From an uncultured delta proteobacterium (GTDB lineage: Bacteria; Myxococcota; Myxococcia; Myxococcales; Myxococcaceae): 64,000 nt of DNA. The notes beneath the pieces were generated by a model, which worked only from the letters and a program-made list of their open reading frames with translations, was not told where the DNA came from and did not search any database. The DNA lies in assembly GCA_963776345.1 (NCBI GenBank), contig CAVZMH010000013.1, positions 64,001 through 128,000 of the forward strand, in the 5' to 3' direction. The first letter of the stretch is position 1. The number at the start of each line of letters is the position of its first letter. Made by a program: the position numbers and the translations under genes. This document shows, in pieces, positions 50,203 to 59,751 of the stretch.

Positions 50203-51753
50203 GTGACGCTGGCCACGCGCATCTTCCTCGGCCACGCGGTGGTACTGGTCACCTTCGGCCTGCTCATCCTCTTCAGCGTCAGCGAGCTCCACCGGAATCA
50301 ACAAGAAATCCGGCTGGTCAGCCAGGGCTACCTGCCGCTGGTCCAGGACGCCGCCGCGCTCGACTCGTTCCAGCGAAACCAGGCCCAGGAGGCGGCGCAG
50401 ATCAGCGCGGAGTCGGATCCACAGACCCGCGCCGCGCTGGTCCGGCTGGCCCCGCTCACCTACCCGCCGCTCCTGCGCGCCCGGCTCAGCTCGCTCGAGT
50501 CCACCCTGACCGTGCTGCGGGCCGACGCTCCGGGCTCCGAGCAGGCCTTCCTCGACTCGGTCCAGACCCGGGTCGAGCACGTGGCGCGAAACCTCGAGCT
50601 GGTGGAGACGACGACCGCACGCACCTGGTCCGACGCGCCCGCGCCCGACGCCCAGCGGGCGCTGGCCGCCGCCCAGGACGGGCTGTCCCGCGAGCTCCGG
50701 GCGCTCCGGGCCGCCCTGGACACCCGGACCCGGGCGGTGGTGATGGAGGCCGAGCGTCGCGACCGCCGCCGCGGCGTGCTGCTCATCGGTCTGTCGGTCG
50801 CGGCCATCGCCGTGGGGCTCCTGGCGACCGCGCTCTCCGCCCGGAGCCTCCGCCCGGTCCGGGCCCTCATCGCGGGCGTGGGGCGCATCCGCAGGGGCGA
50901 CTACACCGCCCAGCTGAACATCCCCGGCGACGACGAGATCTCCCAGCTCGGCCACGAGTTCGACGCGATGAGCCGGGCGCTCGAGGAGCGGGAGCAGGCC
51001 CTGGCCCGCCAGCAGCAGGCGCTCCTCCGGGCCGAGCGCCTCGCGGCCGTGGGCCGGGTCTCGGCGCAGGTGGCCCACGAGGTCAGGAATCCGCTCAGCT
51101 CCATCGGCCTGAACGTGGAGATGCTCGAGGAGGCGCTGGAGCGCGCGCGCTTCGCCACCCCCGCCGAGGCCGACGAGGTGCGAACGCTGCTCCAGGCGGT
51201 CACCCGCGAGGTGGACCGCCTCACCGAGACCACCGAGCGCTACCTGCGCATGGCCCGCTCCCCCGCCCCGGCGCTCGCCGCCGAGGACGTGAACGGCATC
51301 GTCGACGGGGTGCTGGACTTCGCCGCGGGCGAGCTGGGCCGCGCCGGCATCCGCGTGGAGCGCCAGCTGGACCCGTCGCTGCCCCGGGCGCTGGTGGACG
51401 ACGGCCAGCTCCGGCAGGTGCTGCTCAACCTGGTCCGCAACGCCCGCGAGGCGATGGAGGGCGGGGGCACCCTGCGTCTGTCCACCTCGGCCTCGGACGG
51501 CGCGGTCCACGTCCGGGTCGAGGACACCGGGCCCGGCATCCCGGAGGAGGCGCGGGCGCACCTCTTCGACCCGCTCTTCACCACCAAGCGGCACGGCACC
51601 GGGCTCGGGCTGACGCTGAGCCGGCAGATTCTCGAGGCGCATGGGGGGGCGCTGGGCTGCGAGCGCACCGGGCCCTCCGGCACCGTCTTCCACCTCCGGG
51701 TGCCCGCTGCCCCCCTCGCGGCGGCCGGGGGGCAGCCGGCCGCGCACGCCTGA
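50203..51753 (+). CDS. HAMP-domain sensor histidine kinase
   Basis: Two TMs, HAMP (DEISQL), H-box VAHEVRNPL, NLVRNA, DTGPGI, FTTK, GTGLGL. Confidence 0.95.
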   Translation: MTLATRIFLGHAVVLVTFGLLILFSVSELHRNQQEIRLVSQGYLPLVQDAAALDSFQRNQAQEAAQISAESDPQTRAALVRLAPLTYPPLLRARLSSLESTLTVLRADAPGSEQAFLDSVQTRVEHVARNLELVETTTARTWSDAPAPDAQRALAAAQDGLSRELRALRAALDTRTRAVVMEAERRDRRRGVLLIGLSVAAIAVGLLATALSARSLRPVRALIAGVGRIRRGDYTAQLNIPGDDEISQLGHEFDAMSRALEEREQALARQQQALLRAERLAAVGRVSAQVAHEVRNPLSSIGLNVEMLEEALERARFATPAEADEVRTLLQAVTREVDRLTETTERYLRMARSPAPALAAEDVNGIVDGVLDFAAGELGRAGIRVERQLDPSLPRALVDDGQLRQVLLNLVRNAREAMEGGGTLRLSTSASDGAVHVRVEDTGPGIPEEARAHLFDPLFTTKRHGTGLGLTLSRQILEAHGGALGCERTGPSGTVFHLRVPAAPLAAAGGQPAAHA

Positions 51754-51832
51754 CCGCCCACCCCCCGGGCGGAGGCCCCGGAAGGGGCGACGGCGGCGGC
51801 GCGTTGCTACGCTCCCTCGTGTCACCTCCCTG

Positions 51833-52180
51833 ATGGATTCCTTCGTCCGCCGCCTCGTGGAACGGCTCCTCGAGCCCTCGCTCCCACTCTCGCGGAACCG
51901 GCACTTCCACACCTTCGAGACGCCCGAGGGGCGACGGGCGCTCACCCTGGCCCGGCGGCTCCGGGGGCTCGCGCGCGACGTGCGGCGGTGCCTCGAGCGA
52001 GGGCGCCCTCCTGAGGTCCAGGCCAGTGGCTCGAACGGCGATCTCCGCATCGAGCTGCGCTTCGAGGACGTGGCGGGACGCCGGACGGCGTTCCTCAGCG
52101 AGGACGAGTACGCCCTGTTGCTCCGGGTGCCCGGCATGGCCGAGGCGCTCGAGGGCGTACGCGGCGAGCCGAGACTCTAG
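51833..52180 (+). CDS. Hypothetical protein (115 aa)
   Basis: MDSFVRRLVERL..LSRNRHFHTFETPEG; typical codon bias; function unknown. Confidence 0.6.
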   Translation: MDSFVRRLVERLLEPSLPLSRNRHFHTFETPEGRRALTLARRLRGLARDVRRCLERGRPPEVQASGSNGDLRIELRFEDVAGRRTAFLSEDEYALLLRVPGMAEALEGVRGEPRL

Positions 52181-52220
52181 AGGTGCCGGAGGGAGTTGCT
52201 CGGCAACGCGCGGGCCTGGG

Positions 52221-53648
52221 TCAGCTGGAGAGCCCGGCGTAGGCCAGAAGGACCGAGCGGACCGCCTCGCGGGCCCCCGGGTGCGCCGAGCCCCCGCGCC
52301 CGGCGAGCTCGTCCGGGCAGCGCTCACCGAGCACGGCGAGCGGGGCGTGCTGCTCGTCGGCCACGAAGCGGGCGAGGGCCAGCGTCGCAGGAGCGACGTC
52401 GACCACCACCAGCCCCGCGCCGTCGGCGGTGAACGCGCGCCACAGGGGGCGGCCCAGGTCCCCGGCAGGGACGATGCAGAAGTGGAGCAGGAGACCGTCG
52501 GCCACCTCGAGCTCGGCCACCGTCCCGAGCGCCTGCACCGGCGCGCCCTCGGGCGCGAGCAGCGGCAGCCCTGCGAGCGCCTCGCGAGCCGTCGCGGCGT
52601 CCCGGGCGGCGAGCAGCACCTTCACCACCTGGTTCCGCGCACCGCCGCGTCCCCGCTGGGCGCGCCCCCGGACCGCGTGGGCCTCGGCCGCGGACAGGAG
52701 CGGCTCGGGCGCGGGCGGGGCGTCCACGTCGATCGGCTGGACCAGGCCCTCGCCGTGGAGCATCGCCAGGGCCTGCAGCACCCCGAGATCCGGCGCGTCG
52801 ACCGAGTCCAGGACCTCCGACACGTTCCGGGGGGTCTCCAGCCGGCTCAGCACCTCGCGGGCGAGCGGAGGGACCGCCCGGAGCTCCGCGCCGGGGGCCT
52901 GCGCCCAGCGCGTCCCGGGAGCCGGGAGGGCGTCGAGCAGCCGGCGGCACTCGTCCAGCTGGCGCGCGCCCTCGAGCAGGAGCTCGTCGGCTCCCCGCGT
53001 GATGCGCACCTCCGCGGAGGCGGGGCCCGGCTGGAAGGAGAACGTTCCCTCCCCCCACCCCAGGAGCCGGAACAGCGCCTTCTCCCCCTGCACCACGCCG
53101 GCGCGGGCGTCGACGGGGCGGCCCTCCAGCAGCTCCACCTCGCCGCGCTCCGGGCCGCGGCGCAAGGTCACCCGGCCGGTGCGGCGGGCCAGCGCCAGCG
53201 TCTGGAGCAGGTCCGGGAGCCCGAGCTGGGCGAGCGCCCCCTCGATCTCCTGCGGCTCGGTCGCGTCGCTGCGGGCCCGCTCCACGCGCGCCAGGACATC
53301 GTCGATGTGCGCCAGCACCTCGTCCAGGTTGTAGGGCTTGCGGAGCAGCGCGCCCGGCCCGTCGCGCATCGCCTCGTCCGCCTCCTCGGCGCTGGCGGTG
53401 ACCACCACCGGGATGGTGTCGGTGCGGGGGTTGGTGCGGAGGATGTCGACGAAGGTCCGCGCGTCGAGGACCGGGCAGCTCCGATCGAAGAGCACCAGGT
53501 CCGGTTGCCGGAGCACCGCCAGCTCGAGCGCCCGCGCCCCGTCCCGCGCCGAGTAGACCTGGCATCCCTTCTGCCGGAGCGCCCGGGTGAGCGCCCGCAC
53601 CGAGGCGAGGTCGGGGTCGGCGAGCAGGACCTTTCGAACGGGGGTCAT
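52221..53648 (-). CDS. Response regulator: REC + DUF4388 + degenerate small-GTPase-like C-terminal domain
   Basis: KVLLADPD, LVLFD, RKPY; IEGALAQLGLPDLLQTL..RRTGRV, GEKALFRLLGW.EGTF (DUF4388); C-terminus LHFCIVPA...LWRAF...GLVVVD. Confidence 0.8.
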   Translation of the reverse strand: MTPVRKVLLADPDLASVRALTRALRQKGCQVYSARDGARALELAVLRQPDLVLFDRSCPVLDARTFVDILRTNPRTDTIPVVVTASAEEADEAMRDGPGALLRKPYNLDEVLAHIDDVLARVERARSDATEPQEIEGALAQLGLPDLLQTLALARRTGRVTLRRGPERGEVELLEGRPVDARAGVVQGEKALFRLLGWGEGTFSFQPGPASAEVRITRGADELLLEGARQLDECRRLLDALPAPGTRWAQAPGAELRAVPPLAREVLSRLETPRNVSEVLDSVDAPDLGVLQALAMLHGEGLVQPIDVDAPPAPEPLLSAAEAHAVRGRAQRGRGGARNQVVKVLLAARDAATAREALAGLPLLAPEGAPVQALGTVAELEVADGLLLHFCIVPAGDLGRPLWRAFTADGAGLVVVDVAPATLALARFVADEQHAPLAVLGERCPDELAGRGGSAHPGAREAVRSVLLAYAGLSS

Positions 53649-53650
53649 GA

Positions 53651-55450
53651 TCAGTAAGGCTGGAGGTCGTACGCGGTCTGCAGCTTGGAGACGAGCCCGT
53701 CCACCAGCGCGGCGTCGGAGGAGTGGAAGGCCCAGGTCGCGCCCCGGCCGCGCCGCTGGAGCAGGGCGTACGCCGACGCACCGTGGAGCCAGAGCACGAA
53801 CTGGTGCCGGAGGAGCCGCTCGTCCCCGCCGAGCACCAGCGGGGTGAGCCCCGGCCGGGGCGTCACCTCCGCCCGCCGGGCGAGCAGGTAGACCCGCGGC
53901 GCGAAGTCCTGGGTGGCGCGCTCCAGCGCCCGGACCAGCGGCAACCCGGGACCGGCCTCGGCGCCGCCGAGGTAGACGAGGCTCCGGACGCCCGGCTCGC
54001 GCAGCAGGGCCCGGCCAATCTCCGCCTGCACCTCGTCGAACAGCTCCTCGGGCACCCGGCCCCGCCGGGAGGGGTCGGCCCCCTCCTCCGCCGGGAGCCG
54101 CGGGCCCTCTGGCGATCCGAGCAGCAGCTCCACCGCCTCCCAGAAGCCCACGGGGTCCAGCACCAGCCGGCGGTAGAGCGAGGCACGGCGCTGCTCCAGC
54201 CGCGCGCGGCAGGCCTCGGTGAGGAAGTCCAGGTCCTCGCCATCGCGCGGGAAGCTCGCCGCCCCGCCCATGAGCTGCAGGGGAGCGGCCCCCTCCACTG
54301 CCCGGAGCTCCGGCGCCTCGCGGGCGGCGGCGAGAGCGCGGCGGAGGAAGACCTGCGCCCCGAAGGCGTCCGTCTCGGGGAGCAGGAGCAGGAACTCCTG
54401 CTCGGCCACCTTGGCCAGCACGTCCGACTCGCGCAGCACCCGCCCCAGCGCCCGCGTCGTCCCCCGCACCACCGCCCGGACCTGGTCGGTGCCGGCGCGG
54501 GCGCGCAGGTGCGGCAGCCCGTCGAGGGAGAAGCCGAGGAGCGAGAAGCCGCGGCCGTAGCGCCGGGCCTTGTCGATCTCCTTGGTGGCGTAGTCGGTGA
54601 AGTAGGCGAGGTTGTACGCGGACGAGTCCGGGTCCCGGAGGGCCAGTCGCTGGAGCGCCCGGAACCGCCGGGCCGAGAGCAGGGCCGCTGCACCGACCCC
54701 GCCGAGCGCGGCCGCCGCCTCCATCGCCACCGGCGGGAAGCCACCGGCCGGGTCCGACAGCTGCGCGAGTGCGAGCCCCTCGCCGCGGGCGGCGAGCGGG
54801 ACGAAGAGCCCCGGGCCCTCCACCAGCCACGGCCGCCCCCCAGAGACCAGCTCCCGGGCCGCGGCGTCCGGGGCCAGGAGCTCGGCGTAGGCGTCGCGCT
54901 GGAGGCGGCCCACCGTGGCGCGGAGCACGAGGCGTCCGGCGTCGTCGGCGAGCCAGAGCGCGCCCGAGCCGGCGCCGGCCACGCGGACCAGCTCGCCGAG
55001 CAGGAGCTCGTGGAAGCCCTCGGCGTCGGGGTCGCGGAGGAGCGCCGCCGCCCGCCGGTGCAGCTCGGCCTCCTGCCGGGCCACCGCGGCCTCGGACCTC
55101 GCGGCGTCGCGCTCGCGGCGGAGGTTCACCCACGGGACGCAGCGCTCCACCGCGGCCACCAGCGCGCCGCCGTCGGCCGACGAGGCCCACTCGAAGGGCG
55201 CGGTGAGCTGCGGCAGGGCGCGGCCCGGATCCACCCAGGCCACCACCGGCACGTCGGGGCACACGCCGCGGAACGACTCGAGCGCCGAGGCGTCGCCATG
55301 GGCCCCGATGACCAGCACCTCGGGCGAGCCAGCCTGCCGCTCGAGCTGCGCCGGGTCGCCGGCCCAGGACACCACGTGCCCGGCCTCGGCCAGCCGCGCG
55401 GACAGCCAGGAGCGCGCCGGCGCGCGGGCGTCCACCACCCAGAGCTGCAC
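53651..55450 (-). CDS. REC-like + GAF + degenerate GGDEF protein with C-terminal sensory-like domain; start approximate
   Basis: LRDPDSSAYN, EIDKARRYG, RESD I-site, AEQEF in place of GGDEF, GAASFPRDG. Confidence 0.78.
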   Translation of the reverse strand: MQLWVVDARAPARSWLSARLAEAGHVVSWAGDPAQLERQAGSPEVLVIGAHGDASALESFRGVCPDVPVVAWVDPGRALPQLTAPFEWASSADGGALVAAVERCVPWVNLRRERDAARSEAAVARQEAELHRRAAALLRDPDAEGFHELLLGELVRVAGAGSGALWLADDAGRLVLRATVGRLQRDAYAELLAPDAAARELVSGGRPWLVEGPGLFVPLAARGEGLALAQLSDPAGGFPPVAMEAAAALGGVGAAALLSARRFRALQRLALRDPDSSAYNLAYFTDYATKEIDKARRYGRGFSLLGFSLDGLPHLRARAGTDQVRAVVRGTTRALGRVLRESDVLAKVAEQEFLLLLPETDAFGAQVFLRRALAAAREAPELRAVEGAAPLQLMGGAASFPRDGEDLDFLTEACRARLEQRRASLYRRLVLDPVGFWEAVELLLGSPEGPRLPAEEGADPSRRGRVPEELFDEVQAEIGRALLREPGVRSLVYLGGAEAGPGLPLVRALERATQDFAPRVYLLARRAEVTPRPGLTPLVLGGDERLLRHQFVLWLHGASAYALLQRRGRGATWAFHSSDAALVDGLVSKLQTAYDLQPY

Positions 55451-55491
55451 CGGAGCGGGCGTGAGGGGCCGCGGGCTGACGAGCGGGGCGG

Positions 55492-56340
55492 TCAGTCGAG
55501 CAGCGCCTCCGGCAGCTCGGCGCTGAAGACGAAGCGCGCCGGGCCGCGCAAGGTGGTGCGCTGGAGATCCTCGGACACTCGGATCTGGAGGCGCCCGCCC
55601 GGCAGGTCCACCGGGACGAAGACGTCCGGGGAAACCCAGCGGGCCACCACGGCCGCCGCCACTGCGGCCACCGCACCCGTGCCACAGGCGTCGGTCAGTC
55701 CGGCGCCGCGCTCCCAGACCGAGACGCGGAGCCCGCCGGCCGAGCGGGTCACCGCCTCGACGTTGGTGCGCTCGGGGAAGCCCGGGAGGCGCTCCAGCCG
55801 GGGCCCGTGCTCGCGCACCGCCTCCGGGGGCGCACCGAGGAGGACCAGGTGCGGGTTGCCCATGCTGACCGCGGTGCCGGGCCAGGCGACGCCGGGCACG
55901 GGCGCCGACACGAACGGGCCGCCCGCGGGGCCCGGCGGGAGCTGCGGCGCCTGGAGGCGCGCCGGACCGAGCTCGACCTCGATCTCGACCACCTCCGCGC
56001 CGGCCCGGCGCACGCGCGCCGGTAGCACCCCCGCGCCCGTCTCGACCTCCAGGGCGTCGCGCCCGGGCTCCCGGTCGAGCAGGTGCTTCACCACGCACCG
56101 GAGCCCGTTGCCGCACATCTCCGCCACGCTGCCGTCCGCGTTGTGCACCACCATCCGCACGGCGGCCCGGGCCGAGGGGAGCAGCACCAGCACCCCGTCG
56201 GCCCCCACGCCCCGGCGCCGGTCGCACAGGGCACGCGAAGCCTCCGCCGAGACGTCCTCGCCCGAGGCGCGGCGGTCGAGCACCACGAAGTCGTTGCCCA
56301 GCCCCTCGTACTTGAAGCCCTGCTCGACCCGCTGGCTCAC
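55492..56340 (-). CDS. dapF: Diaminopimelate epimerase
   Basis: KYEGLGNDF, GVGADG, NADGSVAEMCGNG, MGNPH, ERGAGLTDACGTG. Confidence 0.96.
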   Translation of the reverse strand: MSQRVEQGFKYEGLGNDFVVLDRRASGEDVSAEASRALCDRRRGVGADGVLVLLPSARAAVRMVVHNADGSVAEMCGNGLRCVVKHLLDREPGRDALEVETGAGVLPARVRRAGAEVVEIEVELGPARLQAPQLPPGPAGGPFVSAPVPGVAWPGTAVSMGNPHLVLLGAPPEAVREHGPRLERLPGFPERTNVEAVTRSAGGLRVSVWERGAGLTDACGTGAVAAVAAAVVARWVSPDVFVPVDLPGGRLQIRVSEDLQRTTLRGPARFVFSAELPEALLD

Positions 56341-59300
56341 GGCTCTCCCTCGCCGGAGCGCCGCGAGGCGGTGCGCGCCGCCGCGCGCCGGAAGGCGAGC
56401 AGCTCTCCCTCCTGGGCCGCGAGCCGCCGCTGCAGCTGGTCCACCCGGGCCGAGAGCTCCTGCTCCCGCGCCCGCGCCTCCTCCCGCTCGTGGGCGCGCA
56501 CATCGGCCAGCTCGTCCCGGGCGGCCACCGCGTCGGCGAGCATCTGCTGGAGCGCACCCGGGGCGGCGGGCTCACCCGCGACGCGCGCCGCCTCCAGCGC
56601 CTCGGTCAGCGCCTGCTCGTGCGCCGCGGCCTGCTCGGCCTGCGCGGCGAGCGCGTCGCGCTCGAACTGCGCCGAGGCCAGCTCGTCGCCGAGCCTCCCG
56701 AGCTGCTCCTCGAGCTCGGCCACCCGCCCCTCGGCCGACTCCTTCTCCTCGTCCCGGACCCGGACCCGGGCGCGCTCCTGGGCGAGCTCGCGCTGGAGCT
56801 GCTCCCGGGCCACCTTCGCCGCCCGCGCCTGCTCCTCGCCGCCGCTCTGCCCGGCCTCGAGCGCGGACAGCCGGGCGGCGCTCTCCTGGCTCGCCGCCTC
56901 GAGCGCCGCCAGCCGCTCCAGCGCCGCGTCGCGCTCGCTGGCCACCAGGTCGCGCTCGGCCAGGAGCTGATCGCGCGCCGACTCCCCGGCCTGCGCTCGC
57001 TGCCCGGCCGCCTCCAGCGCCGCCTCGAGCGCATCCACCCGGGCCCGCGCGTCCCCGAGCGCCTGACCGAAGGCCTCGGCCCGCGCCGCCACCTCTGCGT
57101 GCTGGGCGCCTAGCCCGGAGAGCTCCTCGGTGCGCTCGGCGAGCGCGGCGGCGGTGTGCTGCAGCTCCACCTCCAGGGTGGCCAGCCGCGCCTCGAACGC
57201 GGTCGCGGCGTCGGAGGCTCCGCGCCGGGCCTCCTCCAGCGCCTGGGAGACCCCGGTTCGCCCCTCGTCGGCCTCCGCCAGCCGCTGCTCGAGCGAGGCA
57301 AGGTGGGCCTCGAGCCGCGCCGCCTCGGCCGACGCGGCGCGGGCCGACTCCTGCGCGGAGTCGCGCTCGGCGGAGAGCCGCGCCGCCGACTCTTCCAGCG
57401 CCGAGAGCCGCTCGCGCGCTCCGCCGAGCTCGGACTCGGCCTCGGCGAGCGCCCCGGCGCGACTCCGCGACTCCTCCTCCAGCCGCGCCCGCTCCGCCTC
57501 CAGCCCGGCCGCCCTCGTCTGCAGCGCGACGTGCGCCTCCCCGAGCTCGCCCCGGGCACGCAGGTCCTCCTCGATTCGGGCGCGGGCGGCCTCGGCCTCC
57601 GCCAGGTGCCCCTCCAACGCGGCGCGCGCGTCCCGGAGCTCGGCGAGCTCCGCCCTCCGGACGGCCTCGACCTCCGCCTCGGCGCGGGCGCGCGCCTGCA
57701 GCGACTGGAGCTGGGTGTCGAGCTCCTCGGTGCGCCGGAGCTGCAGCTCGAGCCCGGTGACCGTCCGCCCGTGCGCCTCGGCGCGCTCGGCCTGCACGCG
57801 CGCCTCCCCCTCGGCGCGCTCGGCACGGGCCACCGCCTCCCGGGCGAACACCGCGGTGCTGGACGCCCGCTCCTCGGCCCGGGCCAGCGCCTCCTTCGCC
57901 TCGGACAGCTCGGCCGAGAGCGCGGCCACCTCCCGGTCCCGCTCGGCCCGGGCCGCCTGGGCGCCCGCGAGCGCCTGCTCCAGCGACTCCCGGGCCAGTG
58001 CCAGCTCCCGGGCGGAGGCTGCCTCCGGCGGCGGCTCGAAGTTGGCCTGGGCGAGCGCGGCCTCGGCGCTCGCCAGCCGCTCCTCGAGCGAGGCGGCCAG
58101 CGCGCGGGCCGACGACTCCTGCTTCTCCAGCACCACCTGCCGGTCGGCGAGGCGCTGGCGCTCGCCGGTGGCGGCGAGCAGCTCGGTCCGGAGCGCCTCC
58201 AGCTGCTCGGCGGACGGACCGGTCGGCGGGACCGCGCGCGCCTGGGCGAGCTCTTCCTCCCATCGCTGGCGGTTCGCCTCGGCGGTGCGCTCCTCCCGGG
58301 CGCGCTCGGCCTCGAGCCAGCCCGCGCGTTGCTCGAGCGCCTCGACGCGGCTCCTCGCCTGGGCGAGCTCCGCCTGGCTGCCCTCCAGCGCAGTGAGGAC
58401 CAGCGAGTGCTGCTCGGCGAGCCGCAGCTCCCGCTCGCGGGCCTGCGTCAGCCGCTCCTCGAGCCCCTGCAGCTCCGAGCCACGGGCCTCGAGCGTGAGG
58501 CGGCCGCGCTCGCCGTCGGTCCGCGTCCGGGTGAGCTCCTCGCGCACCGTGCGCAGCTCGTCGTAGGCGGCGGTCAGCTTGGTGCGGGCGTCGTCCAGCT
58601 GCCGCTGCAGCTCCTCGCGCCGGGCGCGCTCGAGCCGCACCGACTCCTGGGCGGCCAGCACCTCGGCCTGCTGCTGCCGCTCCTGGACCCGGGCTGCGTC
58701 GGACTCGGCGGCCCGGGCGGCCAGCCGGCGCTCGGCCTCCGTAGCCCGGTCGGACGCGAGCTGCAGCTCGGACTCGAGCCGTCGGATGCGCGCGGCGAGC
58801 TCGTCCTGGACCACCGGGTGGAGCGCGGCGGCGCCCCGCACCTCCGCGTCGGCTTGGGCCCGGGCGGCCTCCTCGCGGGCGCGCTCCAGCGCCTCCCGGG
58901 TGGCCTCGAGGTCCCCCTTGGCACCGGCGAGCTCCTCGCGGGCCTCGGCCAGCGCGGTCTTCAGCCGCCGGGCGCGCTCCTCCCACTCGCGGGCCCGGGT
59001 GGAGGCCTCGTCGAGCCGGCCCCCGGTGAAGGCCAGCGGCGCGGGCGGCAGCTGCACCCAGGTGGGGTCCACCGCGCGCAGCCGCTCCCGGCTCCCGAGG
59101 ACGACGAAGTAGGCGGCCTCGCCCGTGCCGGCGAGGGAGCCGTCGACCTGGAGACCCTCGCTCCGCTCGAAGGCCAGCTGGTAGCCGAGCAGCGGGCTCT
59201 GGGTGGCGGTCTCGAGGTGGGGGAAGTGGGCAGCCAGCGCGTCCAGCACCTGCCCGTAGGTGGGCGGGGCGCCCTCGCCGTCGGGCTCCATCAGCTGGGC

Positions 59301-59723
59301 GAGCGCCAGCCCCGCGGGGTTCCGGATCCCCCCCACCAGCACCCCGGTGCTCGACACCTGGTCGGCGAGCTGGGCGAGCAGCGCCGGGGCGCGCACGTAC
59401 GGCGCCAGGTCGGCGACCAGGACCAGGTCGAAGCCGCCGGGCGGCAGGTCGTCGAACACCGCGGGGCGGAACCGGAGCCGCTCGCTCCCGGCGCGGGCCT
59501 GGGCGGCCTCCACCGCGGCCAGGTCGTCGTCGCAGGCCACCACCAGGCGGGCCCCGCGGGAGACCAGGAATTCAGCGGATGCGCCGCCCGTGGCCGCCAC
59601 GGCCCCCACCTCCAGCACCCTCCTGCGCACGAAGAGGCTCTCGGCGAAGATGTAGCGGGGGAGCAGCTCACTGACGCCCAGGCGTCGGAAGGTCAGGTTC
59701 AAGGGACGTCGCTCTCGGGTCAC
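56337..59723 (-). CDS. Methyltransferase-like N-terminal domain fused to a ~850-aa coiled coil
   Basis: RYIFA..RVLEVG..VVACD..FDLVLV..GVLV (class I MTase strand pattern), then continuous A/E/R/L heptads. Confidence 0.75.
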   Translation of the reverse strand: MTRERRPLNLTFRRLGVSELLPRYIFAESLFVRRRVLEVGAVAATGGASAEFLVSRGARLVVACDDDLAAVEAAQARAGSERLRFRPAVFDDLPPGGFDLVLVADLAPYVRAPALLAQLADQVSSTGVLVGGIRNPAGLALAQLMEPDGEGAPPTYGQVLDALAAHFPHLETATQSPLLGYQLAFERSEGLQVDGSLAGTGEAAYFVVLGSRERLRAVDPTWVQLPPAPLAFTGGRLDEASTRAREWEERARRLKTALAEAREELAGAKGDLEATREALERAREEAARAQADAEVRGAAALHPVVQDELAARIRRLESELQLASDRATEAERRLAARAAESDAARVQERQQQAEVLAAQESVRLERARREELQRQLDDARTKLTAAYDELRTVREELTRTRTDGERGRLTLEARGSELQGLEERLTQARERELRLAEQHSLVLTALEGSQAELAQARSRVEALEQRAGWLEAERAREERTAEANRQRWEEELAQARAVPPTGPSAEQLEALRTELLAATGERQRLADRQVVLEKQESSARALAASLEERLASAEAALAQANFEPPPEAASARELALARESLEQALAGAQAARAERDREVAALSAELSEAKEALARAEERASSTAVFAREAVARAERAEGEARVQAERAEAHGRTVTGLELQLRRTEELDTQLQSLQARARAEAEVEAVRRAELAELRDARAALEGHLAEAEAARARIEEDLRARGELGEAHVALQTRAAGLEAERARLEEESRSRAGALAEAESELGGARERLSALEESAARLSAERDSAQESARAASAEAARLEAHLASLEQRLAEADEGRTGVSQALEEARRGASDAATAFEARLATLEVELQHTAAALAERTEELSGLGAQHAEVAARAEAFGQALGDARARVDALEAALEAAGQRAQAGESARDQLLAERDLVASERDAALERLAALEAASQESAARLSALEAGQSGGEEQARAAKVAREQLQRELAQERARVRVRDEEKESAEGRVAELEEQLGRLGDELASAQFERDALAAQAEQAAAHEQALTEALEAARVAGEPAAPGALQQMLADAVAARDELADVRAHEREEARAREQELSARVDQLQRRLAAQEGELLAFRRAAARTASRRSGEGEP

Positions 59724-59751
59724 GGAGTATACCGGCGTTCAGGAGACCCTC

